Assembly (NCBI RefSeq): GCF_035560995.1
Contig: NZ_DATMYK010000186.1
Span: 1-58,106 of the forward strand
Source: Humidesulfovibrio sp.
Lineage (GTDB): Bacteria > Desulfobacterota > Desulfovibrionia > Desulfovibrionales > Desulfovibrionaceae
Reading direction: 5' to 3'
DNA length: 58,106 nt
Shown in pieces: positions 51,203 to 58,106 of this stretch (positions within the stretch are counted from its first letter, which is position 1; every line of letters begins with the position of its first letter). The position numbers were made by a program, and so were the translations under genes. Under the pieces are notes generated by a model that did not search any database, was not told the origin of the DNA, and saw nothing but the letters and a program-made list of their open reading frames with translations.

Positions 51203-54200
51203 TTATTGAACGTGGGGCCCTTCTTCGCCCGTGCCGTCGGCATTCGCCGGAGCGGCCCCCTTCTTGCCGAGGCGCTCCGTGAAGCCCTGGATGGAGCTGT
51301 ACAGCACCGGGATGAGCAGCACGCCGATGGCCGCGGCGCAGAGCATGCCGCCGAACACCGCCGTGCCCATGGTGTTGCGCGCGGCCGCGCCCGCCCCGCT
51401 GGCCAGGGCCAGGGGCACAACGCCCAGGATGAAGGCGAAGCTGGTCATGAGGATGGGCCGGAAGCGCGCCAGGGCACCTTCCACCGCGGCCTCGGCCGTG
51501 GGCAGCCCGGCCTCCCGGCGCATCTTGGCGAACTCCACGATGAGGATGGCGTTCTTGGCCGCCAGGCCGATGAGCACCACCAGGCCGATCTGGGCATACA
51601 CGTTGTTGTCGAAGCCCCGCAGCATCTGGGCCGCCATGGCCCCGAACACGCTGGTGGGAATGGACAGGATGACGGCGAAGGGGATGGTCCAGGACTCGTA
51701 CTGCGCGGCCAGCACCAGGAAGACCATCAAGAGGCCCATGCCGAAGGCCACCATGGCCTGGGAGCCCGCCTGCTTTTCCTGGAAGGCGATGCCCGTCCAC
51801 TCCATGCCGTAGCCCTGGGGCAGGGTCTTCCGCACGCTCTGCTCCACCGCCGCCATGAGCTCGCCCGTGCTGTGTCCCGGCGCCGCGCCGGAGGTGAACT
51901 CCACCGAGCGGTACAGATTGTAGCGGCGGATGTACTCCGGTCCCTTGATGTGCGTGCCCGTGCCCAGGGTGTTCAGGGGCACCATGGCCCCGGCGGAGTT
52001 GCGCACGAAGTAGCGCGCGATGTCCTCCTCCGTGGCGCGGTATTGCGGATCGGCCTGGAGCATGACCTTGTAGGTGCGGCCATACTTGTTGAAGTCGTTC
52101 ACATACTTTCCGCCGAGCATGATCTGCAGGGTGCTGAACACGTCGTTCAGCACAACGCCCTGGCTCTTCACCTTTTCGCGGTCCACATCGAAGAAGTACT
52201 GCGGCACGCCCACGCTGAAATCCGTGAACAGGCCGGCCACGGCCTTGTTCTCGCCCGTGGCCTTCCACAAGAGGCCCATGTTCTTGCCCAGCTCGGCTAT
52301 GGACTTGCTGGAGCGGTCCTGCATTTCGAACTGATAGCCGCCGGTGCTGCCCATGCCGGGCACCGTGGGCGGCGGAATGCAGATGATGCGGCCCTCGGGC
52401 ATCTGGGCGAAGGCGGCCTGGGCCCGGCGGATGGCCGCGGCCAAGGAAAGCTCCCTGGTCTGGCGCTCGTCCCAGGGCTTCAGCACCACGAACACGCAGG
52501 AGGTGTACGAGCTGTACCCGCCGGTGAGGATATTCAGGCCGCCCAGCACGATGGTGTCGGACACGGCCGGGTCCTTCAGCAGCACGTCCTCCATCTTCTT
52601 CACCAGGGCGTTGTTGCGGGTGAGGGAAGACGCCTCGGGCAGGTTCACGGAAACGATGTAATAGCCCATGTCCTCACTGGGCACGAAGCCCGTGGGCAGC
52701 ACCTTGAGCACGCCGCCGGTGCCGATGACCAGGCCGACCAGTCCCAGGAGCACAATGGCCGACATGCGGATGCCCTTCTTGACCAGCGCCCCGTAACCGC
52801 GCGTGAAGGCCTCGAAGCCGCGGTTGAAGGCCGCAAAGAAGCGCGCCAGCAGGCCGGTCTTTTCCGTGGCGGGCCGCAGCAGAATGGAGCACAGGGCCGG
52901 GCTCAGGGTCAGGGCGTTCAAGGCGGAAATGCCCACCGAAACCGCCACGGTGACGGCGAACTGCTGGTACAGGCGGCCCGTGGTGCCGCTCATGAAGGCC
53001 GAGGGCAGAAACACGCTCATGAGCACGAGGGAAATGGCCACGATGGGCCCGGCCACCTCGGCCATGGCGCGCTTGGTGGCCTCAAGCGGCGGCAGCTTGT
53101 CGTGGTCGATCTTGTGCTGCACGGCCTCCACCACCACGATGGCGTCGTCCACCACGATGCCGATGGCCAGCACCATGGCGAAGAGCGTGATGGTGTTGAT
53201 GGAGAAGCCGAGCAGGGGAAAGGCCGCGAAGGTGCCGATGAGCGCCACGGGCACGGTGATCATGGGGATGAGCGTGGCGCGCCAGTCCTGCAAAAAGATG
53301 AACACCACGATGAGCACCAGGATGACGGCCTCGAACAGCGTGTGCAGCACGCTTTCGATGGAGGCGCGCACGAAGCGCGTGGTGTCGAAGGGAATCTTGT
53401 ACTCCATGCCCTCGGGAAAGGCCTTGGAGCGGTCGGCCATGACGGCGCGCACCTTGTTGGCCAGGTCGATGGCGTTGGCCCCGGGCAGCTGGTAGATGCA
53501 GATGGTGGAGGTGGGCTGGGCGTTCAGCCTCGTGTAGCCCCGGTAGCTCTCGCTGCCCAGCTCCACGCGGCCCACGTCCCGCAGGCGCACGATGTTGCCG
53601 CCCTGGCCCGCGCGCAGGATGATGTTCCCGAACTCCGCGGGGTCGGCCAGGCGTCCCTTCACCTGCACGGTGATCTGGAAGGGCACGTTGTCCGGCGCGG
53701 GCTGCTGGCCCAGTTGGCCGCCGGGGGCCTGCACGTTCTGCTCGGTCAGGGCGTTGGCCACGTCCACGGCCGTAAGCCCGGTCTGGGAAAGCTTGTTCGG
53801 ATCAAGCCACACGCGCATGCCGTAGGTCAGGTTGGCGGCCAGCGTCACGTTGCCCACGCCGGGAATGCGGCTGATGGCGTCGACGATGTTGATGCGCGCG
53901 TAGTTCTCCAAAAACAGCGAGTCGTACATGCCCTTGGGCGAGGTCAGGTTCACCACCAGCACCATGTCGGGCGACTGCTTCATCACCGACACGCCCGCGC
54001 GGGTGACGTCGGCGGGCAGGGTGGCCTCGGCCAGCTGCACGCGGTTCTGCACGTCCACCGTGGCCAGCTCCAGGTCGCGGTCGGCCGCGAACGAGATGTT
54101 CAGCACCATGCGGCCGTCGTTGCTGCTGACGGAGTTCATGTACAGCATGTCCTGGGCGCCGTTCACCTGCTGCTCGATGGGCGCGGCCACGGTCTCCTCC

Positions 54201-54373
54201 ACCACCTGGGCGCTGGCGCCGTTGTAGCTGGCCACCACCTGCACGGTGGAGGGGGAGATGCGGCTGGGGAACTGCGAAACCGGCAGCACCGCTATGCACA
54301 GCGCGCCCACGATGGTGATGATGATGGAGATGACGGCGGAGAAGATGGGACGCTGGATGAAGAAATTGACCAT
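51203..54373 (-). CDS. RND efflux permease (HAE1 family)
   Basis: [40 protein letters not shown]. Confidence 0.96.
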   Translation of the reverse strand: MVNFFIQRPIFSAVISIIITIVGALCIAVLPVSQFPSRISPSTVQVVASYNGASAQVVEETVAAPIEQQVNGAQDMLYMNSVSSNDGRMVLNISFAADRDLELATVDVQNRVQLAEATLPADVTRAGVSVMKQSPDMVLVVNLTSPKGMYDSLFLENYARINIVDAISRIPGVGNVTLAANLTYGMRVWLDPNKLSQTGLTAVDVANALTEQNVQAPGGQLGQQPAPDNVPFQITVQVKGRLADPAEFGNIILRAGQGGNIVRLRDVGRVELGSESYRGYTRLNAQPTSTICIYQLPGANAIDLANKVRAVMADRSKAFPEGMEYKIPFDTTRFVRASIESVLHTLFEAVILVLIVVFIFLQDWRATLIPMITVPVALIGTFAAFPLLGFSINTITLFAMVLAIGIVVDDAIVVVEAVQHKIDHDKLPPLEATKRAMAEVAGPIVAISLVLMSVFLPSAFMSGTTGRLYQQFAVTVAVSVGISALNALTLSPALCSILLRPATEKTGLLARFFAAFNRGFEAFTRGYGALVKKGIRMSAIVLLGLVGLVIGTGGVLKVLPTGFVPSEDMGYYIVSVNLPEASSLTRNNALVKKMEDVLLKDPAVSDTIVLGGLNILTGGYSSYTSCVFVVLKPWDERQTRELSLAAAIRRAQAAFAQMPEGRIICIPPPTVPGMGSTGGYQFEMQDRSSKSIAELGKNMGLLWKATGENKAVAGLFTDFSVGVPQYFFDVDREKVKSQGVVLNDVFSTLQIMLGGKYVNDFNKYGRTYKVMLQADPQYRATEEDIARYFVRNSAGAMVPLNTLGTGTHIKGPEYIRRYNLYRSVEFTSGAAPGHSTGELMAAVEQSVRKTLPQGYGMEWTGIAFQEKQAGSQAMVAFGMGLLMVFLVLAAQYESWTIPFAVILSIPTSVFGAMAAQMLRGFDNNVYAQIGLVVLIGLAAKNAILIVEFAKMRREAGLPTAEAAVEGALARFRPILMTSFAFILGVVPLALASGAGAAARNTMGTAVFGGMLCAAAIGVLLIPVLYSSIQGFTERLGKKGAAPANADGTGEEGPHVQ

Positions 54374-54476
54374 GCCTGGGCTCCCTTGCGTCGGCGCGTG
54401 CGCGCGGTGAATGCGGGAGGAACGACGACCGGGGGCTTGGGGCGCTGCCCTCCCCCGGCCGGAATGCTCTGGCGCT

Positions 54477-55685
54477 CTAGGGCTTGGCTGGCGCTGCGGC
54501 GGGCGCGGGTGCAGGCGCGGGCGCCACGGGCGTTCCCGTGCGCACCTTCTGCCAGCCGTCCACGATGACCGCATCGCCCGCGCTCAGGCCCTTCTGCACG
54601 ATGTAGCCGCCGGCCGTGCGCGCGCCCAGGGTCACCGGGCGGCTCTCGGCCTTGCCGTCCTTGTCCACCACGAACACGAACTTCGCGCCCTGCACGTCGC
54701 TCACGGCCTGCTCCGGCACCACGGTGGCGTTGTCCACGGCGCCGAACTCCACGCGCACCTTGGCGAACAGGCCGGGCTTGATGACGCCGTCAGGGTTGGG
54801 GAACACCGCGCGCACGGGCAGGGTGCCGGTGGAGGGGTCCACGGCGCGGTCGGCCATGTCGATGCGGCCCGGCTGGGGATACACGGTCTCGTCGGCCAGG
54901 ATGACGTTGCAGATGAGGGGCTTCAGGCTCTCGCCCCTGGCCTTGGCCTCCACATATTCCCTGGCCACGGCCAGGTAGTCGCGCTCGCTGATGTTGAAGG
55001 TCACGGTGAAGGTGTCCGTGGCGGAGATGGTGGCCAGCAGGCTGTTCTGGCCGGGGCCCACCAGGTCGCCCACCTTGAAGTTGCTTTTGCCGATGCGCCC
55101 GGCCTGGGGGGCCAGCACCTTGGTGTAGCCCAGATTGGTGCGGGCCTCGCTGGCCGTGGCCGAGGCCGAGGCCACGCTGGCGGCCAGCTGGCGCTCGTTG
55201 GTCACCTTGGCGTCGTATTCCTGCTGGCTCACCGCGCCCTGCTTCACCAGGGCCTCGAAGCGCATGCGCTCCTTCTTGGCGTACTCCAGCTGGGCCTTGC
55301 CCTGGGCCACGTCGGCGCTGGTGCGCGCCAGGGTGTTTTCCTGCTCCACCGGGTCGATGACAAAGAGCAGATCCCCGGCCTTGACCAGGGAGCCTTCCCT
55401 GAAGTTGATTTTCTTGAGGAAGCCGTTGATGCGCGCGCGTAGTTCCACGGTGGACTCGGAATCCGTGCGGCCGGTGAACTCTCCGGAAAGCGGCACGGTT
55501 TTGGCCTGGAGCACCACGGTGGAGACCGCCACTGGTTTGGAATCCTGCCCGGCCTTGTCGTCGCCTTTGCCGCAGCCGACAAGCCCAATGGCGAATCCGG
55601 CGGCCAACGAAACGGCCAGCAGAAGTTGGAGCGCAGGCGTCAATACCGGGGAAAACAAGAAGGCGGAGCTGAGGCGCTTCGTCAT
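54477..55685 (-). CDS. RND periplasmic adaptor (MFP) lipoprotein
   Basis: LVGC lipobox, [18 protein letters not shown]; GGAGGA RBS. Confidence 0.94.
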   Translation of the reverse strand: MTKRLSSAFLFSPVLTPALQLLLAVSLAAGFAIGLVGCGKGDDKAGQDSKPVAVSTVVLQAKTVPLSGEFTGRTDSESTVELRARINGFLKKINFREGSLVKAGDLLFVIDPVEQENTLARTSADVAQGKAQLEYAKKERMRFEALVKQGAVSQQEYDAKVTNERQLAASVASASATASEARTNLGYTKVLAPQAGRIGKSNFKVGDLVGPGQNSLLATISATDTFTVTFNISERDYLAVAREYVEAKARGESLKPLICNVILADETVYPQPGRIDMADRAVDPSTGTLPVRAVFPNPDGVIKPGLFAKVRVEFGAVDNATVVPEQAVSDVQGAKFVFVVDKDGKAESRPVTLGARTAGGYIVQKGLSAGDAVIVDGWQKVRTGTPVAPAPAPAPAAAPAKP

Positions 55686-56050
55686 GCTATTCCTCCAGAA
55701 TGTGCCGCAAGCCCCCGGGCAGGGCCGAGCCAGCGGCCTGATGTGTTTGCGCATTTTGCATATGCCACGGCGGGCGTGTGCGGGCAAGGGATATAGAGCC
55801 GCCTGGACCGGCTTGCCCCGAAAATTGTTCGGCGCCCCCGCCCGCCAAAGGCCGGCCAAGCGGGACTCTGTCCCGACAATGGGAAAAAATCCTGCCACAA
55901 CTCCGCTTTTCACCTTCGGCAAATAGAGCATTCACCTATTTCCCCTGCCACCCCAGGAGGATATCAAACTCGCGGACAGGAGTCTTTCCCGGCGGCCACA
56001 GGCCGTGCAAGGCAGCGCCCCGGGGCGAATTTCTGAACTGTGGAGGGGGT

Positions 56051-56245
56051 ATGCCAAGCAACTCGGAATACGCGCGGCGGCAGTTTCGAGCCCAGGCGGA
56101 CGAGCAGGCGGAGAAGGAACAGCTGCGGCAGGAAGTCGGCGCGTTGCGCAGGAAGGTAAAGGCCCTTGAGGACAAGGTCGCCCGCCTTACCCATGAGATT
56201 TCCCGGCGCAAGGTCGTGGTGGAGAACCCGCGCGGCTTCTCCTAG
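56051..56245 (+). CDS. Small coiled-coil hypothetical protein (64 aa)
   Basis: GGAGGGGG RBS; heptad pattern LRQEVGALRRKVKALEDKVARL. Confidence 0.65.
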   Translation: MPSNSEYARRQFRAQADEQAEKEQLRQEVGALRRKVKALEDKVARLTHEISRRKVVVENPRGFS

Positions 56246-56328
56246 GCGTCAGGCCGGGCGAGGCCGCGGCAGGCCGCGCCCAAGGGCGGGCGGAAGATAT
56301 TTCGGCTAACATTTGATCGGGAGGGAAC

Positions 56329-57969
56329 ATGTCTCAGTGGTCCAAAAGCAATGACGTCCTGAACACCATGAACCGGGGCAACCCGTGCGAATCCGGCCTG
56401 TGCACCCTGTGCCGGGCCGACTGCTCCGGCAAGTGCGAAACCTGGTCCTCCAGCCTCAAGGGCAGAAGCCTGCTCTACCCGCGCGATTTCGGCGCCGTCA
56501 CCGCCGGCAGCGCCAACACCTGCCACGTGGGCGTCAGCTACAATTCCCTGCGCATCCAGGGCTACAACTACGGGGCCGAGGGCCTGGCCAAAGGCGTGTC
56601 CTCCTCGCCGGACAACTGCCTGTTCACCAAGGTGGACCTGGAGACGAGCTTCGGCAACGCCGACCCCGTGAAGTGCCGCCTGCCGCTGATGACCGGGGCG
56701 CTCGGCTCCACCTTCATCGCCGCCAAGTACTGGGACTCCTTCGCCATCGGCGGGTCGCTCGTGGGCATTCCCGTTGTGGTGGGCGAAAACGTCGTCGGCG
56801 TGGACCGCGAGAGCAAGCTCACGGCCAAAAAAATCACCAAGGCCCCGGAGCTGGACCGCCGCGTGGAGACCTACCTGCGCTACAACGACGGCTACGGCGC
56901 CATCATCGTGCAGATGAACGTGGAGGACACGCGCAACGGCGTGGCCGAGTACGTCATCGACAAGTACGGCGACAAGGTCTGCCTGGAGCTCAAGTGGGGC
57001 CAGGGCGCCAAGAACATCGGCGGCGAAATCGAGGTCACCAGCCTGGATTACGCGCTGTTTCTGAAAAAGCGCGGCTACCTGGTGGACCCGGACCCGGAGG
57101 ACAAGAAGGTCCAGGAGGCCTTCAAGAGCGGAGCCATCCACGGCTTCGCCCGGCACAGCCGCCTGGGCTATACCGACCTCTCCACCGAGGCCCAGGTGCG
57201 CGAGAGCTTCATGGACTCCGTGGCCTACCTGCGCAAGCTGGGCTTCAAGCGCATCTCCCTCAAGACCGGCTCCTACGGCATGGAGGCGCTGGCCATGAGC
57301 ATCAAGTACGCCAGCGACGCCGGGCTCGACCTCCTGACCATCGACGGCTCCGGCGGCGGCACGGGCATGAGCCCCTGGAACATGATGGAGACCTGGGGCG
57401 TGCCGAGCATCCTGCTGCACGCCAAGGCGCGCGAGTACGCGGCGCTGCTGGCCGCGCGCGGCACCAAGGTGGTGGACATGTCCTTCGCCGGCGGCTTCGC
57501 CCGGGAGGACCACGTGTTCAAGGCCATGGCCCTGGGCGCGCCCTTCGTGAAGCTCATCTGCATGGGCCGCGCCATCATGATCCCCGGCTTCCTGGGCGCG
57601 AACATCGAAGGGGCCCTGCACCCGGAGCGCCGCGCAAAGGTCTTCGGCAACTGGGACAAGCTGCCCAAGACCGTCAGCGACCTGGGCGACTCGCCGGAGC
57701 AGATCTTCGCCTGCTACGAGGACGTGAAGAAGAAGGTCGGGGCCAAGGAGATGAAGAACATCCCCTACGGAGCCATCGCCTTCTGCACCCTGGCCGACAA
57801 GCTCTCCGCGGGCCTGCAGCAGCTCCTGGCCGGTGCGCGGCGCTTCAAGCTGGCCGAGCTCTGCCGCAACGACATCGCCGCCGCCAACCGCGAAACCGCA
57901 CGCGAGACGGGCATCGGCTTCATCACCGACGTGCAGGACGAAACCGCCAAAAGGATCCTGGAAGCCTAG
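56329..57969 (+). CDS. FMN-binding glutamate synthase family protein
   Basis: N-terminal Cys cluster CESGLCTLCRADCSGKC, ELKWGQGAK, TIDGSGGGTGMSP. Confidence 0.92.
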   Translation: MSQWSKSNDVLNTMNRGNPCESGLCTLCRADCSGKCETWSSSLKGRSLLYPRDFGAVTAGSANTCHVGVSYNSLRIQGYNYGAEGLAKGVSSSPDNCLFTKVDLETSFGNADPVKCRLPLMTGALGSTFIAAKYWDSFAIGGSLVGIPVVVGENVVGVDRESKLTAKKITKAPELDRRVETYLRYNDGYGAIIVQMNVEDTRNGVAEYVIDKYGDKVCLELKWGQGAKNIGGEIEVTSLDYALFLKKRGYLVDPDPEDKKVQEAFKSGAIHGFARHSRLGYTDLSTEAQVRESFMDSVAYLRKLGFKRISLKTGSYGMEALAMSIKYASDAGLDLLTIDGSGGGTGMSPWNMMETWGVPSILLHAKAREYAALLAARGTKVVDMSFAGGFAREDHVFKAMALGAPFVKLICMGRAIMIPGFLGANIEGALHPERRAKVFGNWDKLPKTVSDLGDSPEQIFACYEDVKKKVGAKEMKNIPYGAIAFCTLADKLSAGLQQLLAGARRFKLAELCRNDIAAANRETARETGIGFITDVQDETAKRILEA

Positions 57970-58106
57970 TCCCAGCTGGGCCGGACCGGGCTGGCCCCTT
58001 CCCCGCCGCAAGGCCGGGAGGGGGCCGGCCCCTGTTCCGGTTTCGACCGGTCCGCGAGTCCGGTCAGGCGGACTTGGCTCGGCCAGGCGGGCGTGCTACC
58101 CTGGTG

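Noticed and set aside
55750-55768. Sigma54 promoter upstream of the MFP gene
   Set aside because: TGGCAT is present on the minus strand but the GG-to-GC spacing is wrong.
57987-58032. GC-rich hairpin after the glutamate synthase family gene
   Set aside because: No clear T-tract; may be a terminator or REP-like element but cannot be called.

Overview
GC-rich bacterial chromosome segment; the gene repertoire suggests a Desulfovibrionaceae-like deltaproteobacterium (inference). Positions 1 to about 15,305 are the right part of an integrated genomic island. It ends in a tRNA-Ser-like 3' fragment (probable attR, 15282-15305) preceded by integrase arm-type repeats. The island carries: (i) an AT-rich two-gene module on the minus strand, an 83-aa membrane protein and a TPR-like protein missed by the ORF track (534 to window edge), sharing a 21-residue Gly/Asn/beta-branched motif, a candidate amyloid-signalling defence pair; (ii) a serine resolvase; (iii) five tandem 23-bp sites that align ungapped to T3/K11/SP6-type phage RNA polymerase promoters, followed by a terminator, RHH-like gene, RepA-like AAA helicase, small ORFs and a tyrosine integrase, a candidate satellite or trap for T7-like phages; (iv) AlpA and a tandem Cys-motif protein; (v) a type I R-M operon with a NucS-like/DUF5655 nuclease and a HEPN RNase-like gene between hsdS and hsdR. 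The rest (16-58 kb) is mostly signalling and transport: sigma54-regulated RR/HD-GYP/CheW/MCP cluster, PAS histidine kinases, ADP-ribosylglycohydrolase, GH5, YddA-like ABC, Tex, nucleoside ABC, YbhGFSR/CecR-like efflux, RND pump, HD-GYP and an FMN-binding glutamate-synthase-family protein. All family calls come from motif recognition by eye; no database search was run.
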